Below, piece by piece: positions 1 to 9,395 of a DNA stretch of 39,837 bases. The position numbers were made by a program, and so were the translations under genes. The DNA is from Daejeonella sp. Lineage in GTDB: Bacteria > Bacteroidota > Bacteroidia > Sphingobacteriales > Sphingobacteriaceae. The stretch covers positions 1-39,837 of the forward strand of contig JBDNGV010000396.1 in assembly GCA_041689125.1 (NCBI GenBank), in the 5' to 3' direction. The notes beneath the pieces are model-generated. The model saw only the letters and a list, made by a program, of their open reading frames with translations. It had not been told where the DNA came from and did no database searches. Within the stretch, counting starts at the first letter, position 1. The number at the start of each line of letters is the position of its first letter.

Positions 1-474
1 AATAACGATAGAATTCCAATATTGATGCTCACTGCAATGGGTAGTTTATCTGATAAGCTCTCGGGATTTGAAATGGGTACTAATGATTATATGGTCAAAC
101 CTTTCGACTTTATGGAATTGTTAGTTAGAGTAAGATCTTTAATGAAATATTGTCCTGAAATTACAGAAAAAGAAAATATCATTCAAGTTTCGGATTTAGA
201 ATTAGATCTAAATGAAAAAATTGCTCGAAGGTGCGGTAAAGAAATTGAATTGACTGCTAGAGAATTTAGTCTTTTAGAATATTTGATGTTAAACAGGGGA
301 AAGGTGCTTTCTAAAGTAGAGATAGCAGAAAAGGTATGGGATATTAATTTTGATACGCACACCAATTTTGTAGAGGTTTACATCAATTACATCCGTAATA
401 AAATTGATAAAGGTTATTCAAATAAGTTGATTCATACGGTAGTTGGAATGGGCTATATGCTGAAACATAAATGA
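1..474 (+). CDS. OmpR/PhoB-family response regulator (CusR/ArlR-like), 5'-truncated by the window
   Basis: Frame is open from base 1 (NNDRIPILMLTA...); receiver tail GTNDYMVKPF and winged helix ELTAREFSLLEYL...TNFVEVYINYIRNKID...IHTVVGMGY. Confidence 0.95.
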   Translation, partial: NNDRIPILMLTAMGSLSDKLSGFEMGTNDYMVKPFDFMELLVRVRSLMKYCPEITEKENIIQVSDLELDLNEKIARRCGKEIELTAREFSLLEYLMLNRGKVLSKVEIAEKVWDINFDTHTNFVEVYINYIRNKIDKGYSNKLIHTVVGMGYMLKHK

Positions 475-1835
475 GTATTAGAACCAAAATGACTTTGCTT
501 TTTTTAAGCATTGTTACCATTTTATTATTAGCCTTTTGCATCACAATTTACTTCTTAAGTGAAATTCACCGACAAAATGAGTACAAAACACGCTTAAGAC
601 AAGAAGCATTAACAGCAGCAACTGTTCTATTCAATAAAGAAGAAGTAAGCCCCGATTTGCTACAACTATTGGCTAGAAATCAAATGACTGCTCTAAATAA
701 AGAAGAAATAGTTATTCTTAACAATAGAAATAAAGTTATATACCAGAGCGGTTTTGAAAATATTGATATTGAAGAATCTATTATTATAGCTATAAAAACT
801 GAGACTGAACTTTTTTGGCATCAGGATGAAATAGAAAAATATGGAATGGTTTTTACAAATAAAAATCAAAACTATATTGTAATTACTTCAGCAGTAGATA
901 AATATGGATTAGAAAAACAGAAAAATTTAGCCCTGCTTTTAAGTTTTGGAGGGATATTGGTATTAATCTTAAGCGCTATAGGTGGTTGGTTTTTTGCCGG
1001 AGGTTTGCTGAGACCAATGCAACAGATGATTAAAAAAATTGATAATATTAACGCGTCTCGCCTAAATTTGAGGCTTAGCCACAACAATAATAAAGATGAG
1101 TTAACACAGCTAGCCCTAAGATTTAATGAAATGTTAGATAGGCTTCAAAATGCATTTAATGTACAGCGATCTTTCGTTTCTCATGCCTCTCATGAATTGC
1201 GATCCCCACTTACAGCTATTACTGGTCAGATACAAGTTTCCTTACTAGCAAATGATAATGCTGATGAATTGAGACTTATGGCTAAATCTGTATTGGAAGA
1301 TGTAAATCAGTTAAATAGTCTAACTAATAATTTGTTAGACCTCACAAGCATTCATGCTGAAAATACCGACATTACAGTAACACTTGTAAATATCGTGGAA
1401 TTGTTATGGCATGTGAGAAGCGAAATTTTAAAAAAACATAGTAATTATGAAATTTTAATTGCCTTAGATGACCTTGATGAGCATTTGCCAGAAATTTATG
1501 CCAATGAACCCTTAATTTATACTGCACTAATAAACTTGGTAGAAAATGGCGTTAAATTTTCTCCCGAGCATACTGTTTATATCAAGTTGACTTTATCTGA
1601 AAATCAGGTAATCATTACCTTTCAGAATAAGACTAATGACATATCAGGATTAAAATTGGATAGTATTTTTGAACCTTTTTATAGAGGCTCAAATTCTAAA
1701 AATACAAAAGGACATGGTGTTGGGCTTCCGCTAACAATGCGAATAATTGAGCTACATAAAGGAAAATTAATTGTGCGTATTCTTAGCCAAGAACTTATTG
1801 TCTTTGAACTTAAATTGGCTAAGAACAATCTTTAG
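471..1835 (+). CDS. HAMP-domain sensor histidine kinase
   Basis: Two TM segments, HAMP (DELTQLALRFNEMLDRL), H-box SHELRSPL, N-box NLVENGVKFS, G2 GHGVGL; ATGA overlap with the regulator. Confidence 0.95.
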   Translation: MSIRTKMTLLFLSIVTILLLAFCITIYFLSEIHRQNEYKTRLRQEALTAATVLFNKEEVSPDLLQLLARNQMTALNKEEIVILNNRNKVIYQSGFENIDIEESIIIAIKTETELFWHQDEIEKYGMVFTNKNQNYIVITSAVDKYGLEKQKNLALLLSFGGILVLILSAIGGWFFAGGLLRPMQQMIKKIDNINASRLNLRLSHNNNKDELTQLALRFNEMLDRLQNAFNVQRSFVSHASHELRSPLTAITGQIQVSLLANDNADELRLMAKSVLEDVNQLNSLTNNLLDLTSIHAENTDITVTLVNIVELLWHVRSEILKKHSNYEILIALDDLDEHLPEIYANEPLIYTALINLVENGVKFSPEHTVYIKLTLSENQVIITFQNKTNDISGLKLDSIFEPFYRGSNSKNTKGHGVGLPLTMRIIELHKGKLIVRILSQELIVFELKLAKNNL

Positions 1836-1872
1836 CACACTCGGATGAGTCTATTATTAAAAGGAGTATAAA

Positions 1873-1930
1873 TTCTAATCCATTTCTAATATCAGCTTAA
1901 TGTCGGCCTAATAGCTGATCATTAGGTTTG
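1873..1930 (+). promoter_or_regulatory. Four tandem repeats at 11-bp period (candidate OmpR-family operator) followed by a Bacteroidota -7 element
   Basis: TTCTAAT 1873, TTCTAAT 1884, GCTTAAT 1895, GCCTAAT 1906; TAGGTTTG at 1923-1930 matches TAnnTTTG. Confidence 0.65.
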
Positions 1931-1968
1931 TATTGTATAAAAAATGTGTTTTAATTAAAAAAAAAGTT

Positions 1969-2754
1969 ATGAAATCTAAAACAATTCTATGCATAGCATT
2001 ATCTACTATTTTAATGGCTAGTTGCACAATCGTTAAGCAAGGCGAAGTTGGTGTAAAACGTTCTTTCGGGAAAATAAATGAAAAGCCCTTGATGGAGGGT
2101 GCTAGACTTTTCAACCCTTTTACTACAACCATTATTAAGCTTCCTACACGAACAATCAATATGGAAGTTCGCTTACCACTGCCTTCTAAGGAGGGATTAA
2201 CCGTACAATCGGAAGTATCGATTTTATACCGATTAGTTGGTAGTTACAGTCCTAAAATTGTAGAAACAATTGGTCGAAATTACGAACAGGTTATCATTTT
2301 ACCCATATTCAGATCTGCTGTTGCTGATGTTTCCTCTCAATTTTTTGCAAAAGATATGCATACTGGGCAGAGGTCTGTGATAGAGAAATCTATTAAAGAT
2401 TTAATGACGGCACAGTTAACAGATAGAGGCTTTGTCGTAGAATCTGTTTTATTAAAAACTATTATTCTACCGGTAGGATTAACCAGGGCAATTGAAGAGA
2501 AATTAGAGGCAGAGCAGGATGCGCAAAGAATGCAATTTACATTAGATAAAGAACGCCAAGAAGCCACTCGGAAAACGATTGAGGCCGAAGGAATTAGAGA
2601 TGCTCAAAAAATAATTTCTGAAGGATTATCCCCGTTGCTATTGCGTTTCAAGACTATTGAAGCATTTAATAAGCTATCTACCTCTCCGAACGCAAAAACA
2701 ATTATTACAAACGGAGAACAGCCCTTAATGTTTAATGGTGACAAACTTGAATAA
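1969..2754 (+). CDS. SPFH/prohibitin (band 7) family lipoprotein
   Basis: ATG 1969 gives lipobox LMASC; VKQGEVGVKRSFG, SKEGL, AIEEKLEAEQDAQRMQF, IEAEG are typical of prohibitin-like proteins. Confidence 0.9.
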   Translation: MKSKTILCIALSTILMASCTIVKQGEVGVKRSFGKINEKPLMEGARLFNPFTTTIIKLPTRTINMEVRLPLPSKEGLTVQSEVSILYRLVGSYSPKIVETIGRNYEQVIILPIFRSAVADVSSQFFAKDMHTGQRSVIEKSIKDLMTAQLTDRGFVVESVLLKTIILPVGLTRAIEEKLEAEQDAQRMQFTLDKERQEATRKTIEAEGIRDAQKIISEGLSPLLLRFKTIEAFNKLSTSPNAKTIITNGEQPLMFNGDKLE

Positions 2755-2859
2755 CATTCATGTCCTGTTGTTGAAATAGGTAACGTTAAATACAAAAAGT
2801 ATAATTGGACAAGCCGAACACCATTTAATGAAGTAGGCATAATTCATAGAAAATTAATA

Positions 2860-3525
2860 ATGAAAAGTATAAATCTAATTTTAGTAACACTCACAATTGG
2901 TCTTTTAGCTATCTCTTGTAACGAAGTAACAAATAATGGCAAGGAAGAAGCATAAAAAGTAGCCACACTGGCTAACGATAAAGTTTAAAAAGTAATTAAT
3001 GATTTAGGCTTAGTCTATGTTGAAGAAGGAGCACAAGACATTATCACTTATGATGAAGTGAACGCTGCACAACAGGCTTGGTGCGATGCTTTGGTAAAAA
3101 TCGGAAAGCTAAAAGAGGAAGGTGGAGATTACAAAGCTTTTGCCGAACAAGTGCTTTCAGATGCTTATAATTATGATAATGGAAAGGTGTTTTTTAAACC
3201 TACCTTGGCTTTTGGCGATCAAACATTCAGAAATGATAAAAAAGGAGCACTATCCTATTTTGTAGGTGGAGATCCGGCTTATCCCAACGACAAAGGTTTT
3301 GCATTGGCACCTTGGGTAAAAGCAAGGTATGACAATGCAGGAGATAAAAATGAGGGTATTCAAATTTATGGTTCTGTTGCCATAACCATGGGTAATGTTT
3401 GGGTAACAGGTAAAGACGGTAAAGAGGTTATGGTCGACAAAACTTGGGTATTCAGAAAAGGGAAAGATGGTAAACTACGTATCATAGTTCACAAATCTGC
3501 ACTTCCATTTAGCCCAAATAATTAA
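2860..3525 (+). pseudogene. Iota-carbonic-anhydrase-like (COG4337, SnoaL/NTF2 fold) lipoprotein interrupted by two in-frame TAA codons
   Basis: ATG 2860 reads MKSINLILVTLTIGLLAISC (lipobox) in the same frame as the 3058 ORF; TAA at 2953 and 2986; domain motifs EVNAAQQAW, FKPTLA, GALSYFVGG, DKGFAL, AITMGN, VDKTW, LRIIVHKSALP. Confidence 0.75.
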
Positions 3526-3532
3526 AATTTAG

Positions 3533-3566
3533 AGAGGCTACAATTTAAATTTGTAGCCTCTTTTTT
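3533..3566 (+). terminator. Rho-independent terminator
   Basis: AGAGGCTACAA-tttaaat-TTGTAGCCTCT followed by a T run. Confidence 0.85.
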
Positions 3567-3608
3567 AAAATGTTAATGCAAATTTTCATTTACTATAAAA
3601 AACAAAAA

Positions 3609-4262
3609 ATGATAAAGACTTCATTATTATTTCTATTGGTTTTTACCTTTCTATCTCAAGGTGTAAAAGCACAATCTAAAATAGATTCTGCCCAGTTGAA
3701 TAAAGAATTCTTTAATTTGGAGGAAGCGCTAAAAAAACCTGAGAATGTTTTTAGACTAAATTTGAGCAATCAAAACTTGCAAATCTCAGACTCTATTTGG
3801 TCTAAATTTCAAAATCTTCAATATCTAAGCTTGAGAAACGATCACCTCAAACAAATACCATCAGGTATTGGCAATCTAAAAAGTCTTAAATTTCTTGATT
3901 TGAGCGGAAACGATTTTAAAACATTACCGTCAACTTTTAGTAATTTAATAAATTTGCAAGAGTTATATTTAAATGATGATAAATACTTCCAATTACAAAA
4001 AAACATTTCTGTTTTAAGTGAATTACCTAACTTGAGATCACTTCATCTCGAAAACGATGGATTAAAAACTTTACCTAAGAATATTTATAAATTAAATCAG
4101 ATTGAATCCCTATTCCTTAATAACAATCAATTCAAGCAAATGCCTCCAGAAATTAAGGGTTTAAAGAATTTAAAGTATTTAGATTTTCACGATAATGATG
4201 TGTTAAGGCCTGCCAATCAAGAGGTTTTTCACCAAAAGTCAGGACTCAAGATTAGGTTTTAA
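3609..4262 (+). CDS. Secreted leucine-rich-repeat protein
   Basis: ATG 3609 gives a signal peptide ending VKA-Q; N-cap LEEALKKPENVFRLNLS; several LxxLxLxxN repeats. Confidence 0.9.
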   Translation: MIKTSLLFLLVFTFLSQGVKAQSKIDSAQLNKEFFNLEEALKKPENVFRLNLSNQNLQISDSIWSKFQNLQYLSLRNDHLKQIPSGIGNLKSLKFLDLSGNDFKTLPSTFSNLINLQELYLNDDKYFQLQKNISVLSELPNLRSLHLENDGLKTLPKNIYKLNQIESLFLNNNQFKQMPPEIKGLKNLKYLDFHDNDVLRPANQEVFHQKSGLKIRF

Positions 4263-4285
4263 TGTCTAGGTATGATTTTTTTAAT

Positions 4286-5059
4286 ATGAAAAATATTTTA
4301 TTTGCTGTTGTTATACTTTTATTTTCTCAATATACATACGCTCAAAATAGCCGCTCAAATACAAAAAATAGCATTGGTTGGTATAATTATTTTGGAACAT
4401 TTAAAATTTCTCAAAAAATTGGTTTTCACACAGAATATCAATTTCGAAGAAATGAAATTATTTCGGAAAGGCAACAAAGTTTACTGCGTTTAGGTGTGAA
4501 TTATCAAATCAATCCAAAAGTTCAATTAAGACTTGGTTATGCCTGGATAGAAACATTCCCTTATGGAGAAATACCTATTAACGGAATGGGAAAGGACTTT
4601 ACAGAACACCGCTTATTTCAAATGGCTACAATAGCAGATAAAGTTTCTATTATTGATTTATCACATCGTTTTATGCTGGAACAGCGCTGGGTAGGCCGAT
4701 ACTCGAATACTAATTTGACAAAAGAAGATGAATTTCCTTTGCTAAATAGATTTAGGTATATGTTACGCATTCAAATCCCATTAAAAGGAAATGAAATTAC
4801 AGACAAAACACCATACTTTGCAGTATATGATGAAATTTTGATTGGCTTTGGTAAAAATGTAAATGAAAATATCTTTGACCAAAATAGAATAGGTATTTTA
4901 TTTGGGTACAGATTTAACCCAATTATTAGAATTGAAGGGGGTTATTTAAATCAAACATTGCAGTTAGGAAGAGAAATAAACAATAGAAATGTGTTTCAAC
5001 TGAACAACGGTTTCATTCTAAACGCTAACTTTAATATTGATTTGACTAAAAAGAAATAG
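4286..5059 (+). CDS. DUF2490-family outer-membrane beta-barrel protein
   Basis: Signal peptide; WYNYFG, QSLLRLG, EHRLFQ, HRFMLEQRW, RFRY, YDEI, FDQNR, GYLNQ motifs. Confidence 0.8.
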   Translation: MKNILFAVVILLFSQYTYAQNSRSNTKNSIGWYNYFGTFKISQKIGFHTEYQFRRNEIISERQQSLLRLGVNYQINPKVQLRLGYAWIETFPYGEIPINGMGKDFTEHRLFQMATIADKVSIIDLSHRFMLEQRWVGRYSNTNLTKEDEFPLLNRFRYMLRIQIPLKGNEITDKTPYFAVYDEILIGFGKNVNENIFDQNRIGILFGYRFNPIIRIEGGYLNQTLQLGREINNRNVFQLNNGFILNANFNIDLTKKK

Positions 5060-5161
5060 AAACATCAACATTTTAACAAGATAACTATGTTGGCGGATAC
5101 TTTAGATTCTGGTTTCTGATTCCATGGAGAATATAAACCACTTTCAAATAGTCTTATAACC

Positions 5162-6049
5162 TTAATGCAGTGGTCTTTGTTTAATAATCCCACCTTTGGT
5201 ATCACTGATGGTGCTCATTACAATAAATGCTTTTCGATCGATTAGTTCAATTTCTTCCTTTAATTTGGAGACTTCCAGCCGGGTTACTACTGTAAAAATG
5301 ATATCGATGTCTTTATTTTTAAATTGGGAATGTTCAAGGCCTCTTTCTCCTTTATAAATAGTTACCCCGCGACCTAATTTTTTCGTTATCGCTTCACGTA
5401 TCTGAGCACTTTTGGAAGAGATAATAGTTACACCTGTATATTCTTCAATTCCCTGTATGATAAAATCAACGGTTTTGGAAGCTGATAAATAAGTCAGGAT
5501 GGAGTATAAAGCTGTTTCAATGTCCAAAATGAAAGCCGCAACAATGAAGATCAAGACGTTAATTAACAAAATGATATCCCCCATGCTCAGAATACTTCTC
5601 CTGTTAATATATACGGCAAGGATTTCTGTGCCATCAATAACGCATCCTCCTCTAATAGCAAGACCAATCCCTGAACCAAGAAAGAAGCCTCCAAAAATTG
5701 ATATCAGTAATTTATCATCAGTAATTACCGGAAAATCTATAAAAAAGATTATCGCTGCTAGAGTAAGTATGGCAAGGCTTGTTTTAATCGCAAAACTTTT
5801 ACTAATCTGTTTTGCACCCATAAAAATAAATGGTGCGTTAAATACAATGATCCAAACAGAAACTGGTATTCCTGTTAGCTGATAAGTTAAAAGTGAAATT
5901 CCTGTAATCCCCCCATCTATAAAATGATTAGGAAGCAGAAATCCTTTTAATCCGAATGATGCCAGACCTGCTCCCAATAGAATGAGAATTGCTCTGCTGA
6001 GATAGATCTTTATTTGTAATGTTCTTCTGGATCGTCTGGTTGCTTTCAT
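5162..6049 (-). CDS. YitT-family membrane protein (DUF161 + DUF2179)
   Basis: FLLPNHFIDGGITGISLL, GGCVIDGTEILA, RGVTIYKGERG, AFIV motifs. Confidence 0.9.
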   Translation of the reverse strand: MKATRRSRRTLQIKIYLSRAILILLGAGLASFGLKGFLLPNHFIDGGITGISLLTYQLTGIPVSVWIIVFNAPFIFMGAKQISKSFAIKTSLAILTLAAIIFFIDFPVITDDKLLISIFGGFFLGSGIGLAIRGGCVIDGTEILAVYINRRSILSMGDIILLINVLIFIVAAFILDIETALYSILTYLSASKTVDFIIQGIEEYTGVTIISSKSAQIREAITKKLGRGVTIYKGERGLEHSQFKNKDIDIIFTVVTRLEVSKLKEEIELIDRKAFIVMSTISDTKGGIIKQRPLH

Positions 6050-6251
6050 CTAATCATAATTATTGTTTTTTAACCCCCAAGTGTGGGAAGGAATTTTTTT
6101 GATGATTGTAAGCGGGTGGTGAAAACACCAACCACAGCGAAATCATTACCGTATGTGTTTAATGTTTATTTTAATCATTTCGGATTCTTTAGGTTAAAAA
6201 TACTCTAAAGTTTTGGCGCAAAGGAAAAGTTTGTTCATCTTTGTTGTGAAG

Positions 6252-6326
6252 ATGAACAATAAGACGTTATGTACAATCTGGTGGTGGCAAATGGACAAGC
6301 ATTTGGCAATCTGCAGGGGTACGTAA
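6252..6326 (+). CDS. trpL: trp leader peptide, 24 aa: MNNKTLCTIWWWQMDKHLAICRGT
   Basis: Three consecutive TGG codons in a short ORF directly upstream of a terminator and trpD. Confidence 0.85.
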   Translation: MNNKTLCTIWWWQMDKHLAICRGT

Positions 6327-6353
6327 TTTTCATTATAGAAAATTATTTTACTG

Positions 6354-6381
6354 AGGGTTGCCAAAAGGCAACCCTTTTTTT
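6354..6381 (+). terminator. trp attenuator terminator hairpin
   Basis: AGGGTTGCC-aaaa-GGCAACCCT plus T run; its 5' arm can alternatively pair with TTTGGCAATCT at 6302-6312. Confidence 0.9.
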
Positions 6382-6467
6382 ATAAAATATTTATTGGATT
6401 TGCAACTATTTAAAATAAGAATAGTAAAATTTAACACCTGAGAGGAATATGAATACTTTATACATTT

Positions 6468-7454
6468 ATGAAAAAGATACTAAACCACCTTTTTGAACAC
6501 AAAACATTCAGTCGGGAGGAATCTAAAGAAATACTCACGAACATTACACTCGGTAAGTATAATCCTACTCAGATGGCAGCATTTATGGCTGCCTATTGTA
6601 TGCGTAGTATTACAGTTGAAGAACTTGAAGGCTTTAGGGATGGGATGCTTGAACTTTGCCTCAAAACAGATTTGAGTGATTATGATTTGATAGACTTATG
6701 TGGTACAGGAGGCGATGGTAAGGATACTTTTAATATTTCCACTTTAGCCTCTTTTGTGGTTGCCGGCGCCGGTTATAAGGTATCAAAACATGGGAATTAT
6801 GGCGTTTCTTCAGGTTGTGGTTCTTCCAACGTAATGGAATATTTGGGCCATAAATTCAGCAATGATATTGATCAGCTGAAAAAGAATCTTGATGAAGCTG
6901 GAATTTGCTTTTTGCATGCTCCACTATTTCATGCGGCAATGAAAACGGTAGCACCTATCCGAAAAGAACTTGGTGTGAAAACGTTCTTTAATATGCTTGG
7001 ACCTTTAGTTAACCCTGCCCGGCCCAGCTATCAGATGGTTGGAGTGTTTAGTCTCGAACTTGCCCGCTTATATGCTTATCTCTATCAGAAATCCAAAACA
7101 GGGTATACTATCGTACATGCATTGGAAGGATATGATGAAATTTCATTGACTTGTGATTTTAAAACTTTTTCTCCGCAAGGGGAGCATATATATTCAATTT
7201 CCAAAATGGGTTTTGAAAAAATTGATCCGCTTAAAATAGGAGGGGGTAGTACGGTACAGGAATCAGCTGAAATATTTAAGGCAGTTTTGGACGGAGAAGG
7301 AAGTGCAGAGCAGAATAATGTAGTCCTTTGTAATGCGGCCTTAGCCATTCGGACAATCAAAACTGAGAAATCATTCTCAGATTGTTTTTATGAAGCTGAA
7401 GAGTCTCTGAATAGTGGAAAGGCTTTAAATAGTTTTAATCGTTTAATCTCATGA
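6468..7454 (+). CDS. trpD: Anthranilate phosphoribosyltransferase
   Basis: DLCGTGGDGKDTFNIST, KHGN, FNMLGPLVNP, GYDE. Confidence 0.97.
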   Translation: MKKILNHLFEHKTFSREESKEILTNITLGKYNPTQMAAFMAAYCMRSITVEELEGFRDGMLELCLKTDLSDYDLIDLCGTGGDGKDTFNISTLASFVVAGAGYKVSKHGNYGVSSGCGSSNVMEYLGHKFSNDIDQLKKNLDEAGICFLHAPLFHAAMKTVAPIRKELGVKTFFNMLGPLVNPARPSYQMVGVFSLELARLYAYLYQKSKTGYTIVHALEGYDEISLTCDFKTFSPQGEHIYSISKMGFEKIDPLKIGGGSTVQESAEIFKAVLDGEGSAEQNNVVLCNAALAIRTIKTEKSFSDCFYEAEESLNSGKALNSFNRLIS

Positions 7455-8107
7455 AACTAAAGGTTTGCGGAATGAAGGATCCGCAAAATATACTCAGCCT
7501 GGCTGAATTGAAGCCTGATTATTTGGGTTTGATTTTTTATTCCAAATCGAAGCGTTATATAGCAGATCCGGATAAAACTGTACTGGCTTCATTACCTTCT
7601 TCAATCAGATTGACAGGGGTTTTTGTAGATGAAACAGAGCAAAATGTTATTGAGAAGGTGCTTAATTATAGTTTAAGTGCGGTGCAACTTCATGGTGGAG
7701 AGTCGCCGGAATATTGCAGCCGTTTGAGAGTAAAGTTGTATGAAATGCTACCCAATAGACCTATTCAACTGATCAAAGCTTTCGGTATTTATCCCGAATT
7801 TGATTTTTTAAGCCTTGAGACTTATAATGATGTAGTGGACTACTTTTTATTTGACACTAAAACTCCTGAACATGGAGGTTCAGGAATTACATTTAATTGG
7901 ACTATTCTTGATCAGTATAAAGGAGAAAAACAGTTTTTTCTAAGCGGTGGCTTAAGTCCTGAAAATGTAAAGGACTTATTTAATTTTAATACAAAAAAGA
8001 TATATGCTCTGGATCTAAACAGCAAGTTCGAAACGGAACCGGGTATCAAGAATGTAGAAAGTATCAGATCTGCTTTTCAATTAATCAGGTCGGACAAAAT
8101 ATCCTGA
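7451..8107 (+). CDS. trpF: Phosphoribosylanthranilate isomerase
   Basis: [36 protein letters not shown]. Confidence 0.95.
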   Translation: MKLKVCGMKDPQNILSLAELKPDYLGLIFYSKSKRYIADPDKTVLASLPSSIRLTGVFVDETEQNVIEKVLNYSLSAVQLHGGESPEYCSRLRVKLYEMLPNRPIQLIKAFGIYPEFDFLSLETYNDVVDYFLFDTKTPEHGGSGITFNWTILDQYKGEKQFFLSGGLSPENVKDLFNFNTKKIYALDLNSKFETEPGIKNVESIRSAFQLIRSDKIS

Positions 8108-8126
8108 AAGGAAACAATTAAAACAT

Positions 8127-9335
8127 ATGAACAGAGAATTTATAGAGAGTTCGGTAAAATGGGGTGTAAATAATGAAGGTTACTTTGGTGACTTTGGCGG
8201 AGCATATATCCCGGAAATGCTTTACCCGAATGTAGAAGAGCTTCGTAAGCGATATTTAGACATTATTTATGAGCCTGGTTTTCAGGATGAATTTCAGATG
8301 CTTCTAAGAGATTATGTTGGCAGACCTTCGCCATTATTTCATGCCGAACGTTTATCTGCAAAATATGGAACAACAATCTATCTGAAAAGGGAAGATTTAA
8401 ATCATACCGGGGCACATAAGATCAATAATACAGTAGGGCAGATCCTGCTTGCTGAAAGACTTGGTAAAAAGAGAATTATTGCTGAAACCGGAGCCGGTCA
8501 GCATGGAGTAGCAACCGCAACAGTTTGCGCTTTAAAAGGGCTGGAATGTGTGGTTTATATGGGAGAAGTTGACATCGCCCGGCAAGCACCGAATGTTGCT
8601 CGAATGAAGATGATGGGTGCAACAGTTGTACCTGCAACTTCAGGCAGTAAAACGCTTAAGGACGCTACGAATGAAGCCATGCGCGACTGGATTAACAATC
8701 CTGTAGATACGCATTATATTATTGGCTCAGTGGTTGGTCCGCACCCTTATCCCGACATGACATCCCGTTTTCAATCCATCATTTCTGAGGAAACTAAAAT
8801 TCAGCTGAAGGAGCGTACGGGATCTGAAAATCCGGATATCGTAATCGCATGTGTTGGCGGTGGCAGTAATGCCATGGGTATGTTTTACCATTTTCTGGAT
8901 GATGAAGAGGTTAGACTAATTGCAGTTGAAGCTGCAGGATTAGGTGTGAATAGTGGAGAATCTGCTGCAACTACTGCTTTAGGAAGAGAGGGAGTATTGC
9001 ATGGAAGTCGCTCGATTTTAATGCAGACAGAGGATGGACAGGTTGTTGAGCCTTATTCAATTTCTGCCGGACTGGATTATCCTGGGATAGGCCCACAGCA
9101 CGCCCATTTATTTAAAGAAAATCGTGGGGAATATGTTAGCGCAACTGATGAAGAGGCAATGATTGCAGGAAGACTTTGTGCTGAACTTGAAGGAATTATT
9201 CCGGCTATCGAAAGTGCTCATGCATTGGCACATTTAGAAAAAATGGTATTTACCGGAAAGGAGTCTGTTGTGATCTGTCTTTCAGGCCGCGGGGATAAGG
9301 ATCTTGATACCTACATGAAATACTTTAACTTATAA
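8127..9335 (+). CDS. trpB: Tryptophan synthase beta subunit
   Basis: [43 protein letters not shown]. Confidence 0.98.
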   Translation: MNREFIESSVKWGVNNEGYFGDFGGAYIPEMLYPNVEELRKRYLDIIYEPGFQDEFQMLLRDYVGRPSPLFHAERLSAKYGTTIYLKREDLNHTGAHKINNTVGQILLAERLGKKRIIAETGAGQHGVATATVCALKGLECVVYMGEVDIARQAPNVARMKMMGATVVPATSGSKTLKDATNEAMRDWINNPVDTHYIIGSVVGPHPYPDMTSRFQSIISEETKIQLKERTGSENPDIVIACVGGGSNAMGMFYHFLDDEEVRLIAVEAAGLGVNSGESAATTALGREGVLHGSRSILMQTEDGQVVEPYSISAGLDYPGIGPQHAHLFKENRGEYVSATDEEAMIAGRLCAELEGIIPAIESAHALAHLEKMVFTGKESVVICLSGRGDKDLDTYMKYFNL

Positions 9336-9395
9336 TTTAAAATTACCTCTTGTCTTTCCGGATTAATAATCCGGTATTTTCATATCAGAATGCTC

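Noticed and set aside
1969-3525. SPFH gene, the 35-codon spacer and the iota-CA-like gene share one frame broken only by three TAA codons, suggesting stop-codon recoding or a read-through fusion
   Set aside because: TAA ends many core genes here at their expected C-termini (trpB, trpA, nqrF), the second gene has its own signal peptide, and an open 35-codon spacer can arise by chance
9358-9374. Palindrome CCGGATTA-A-TAATCCGG between trpB and trpA
   Set aside because: Single copy inside the operon; could be an mRNA-stabilising stem but nothing supports a specific function
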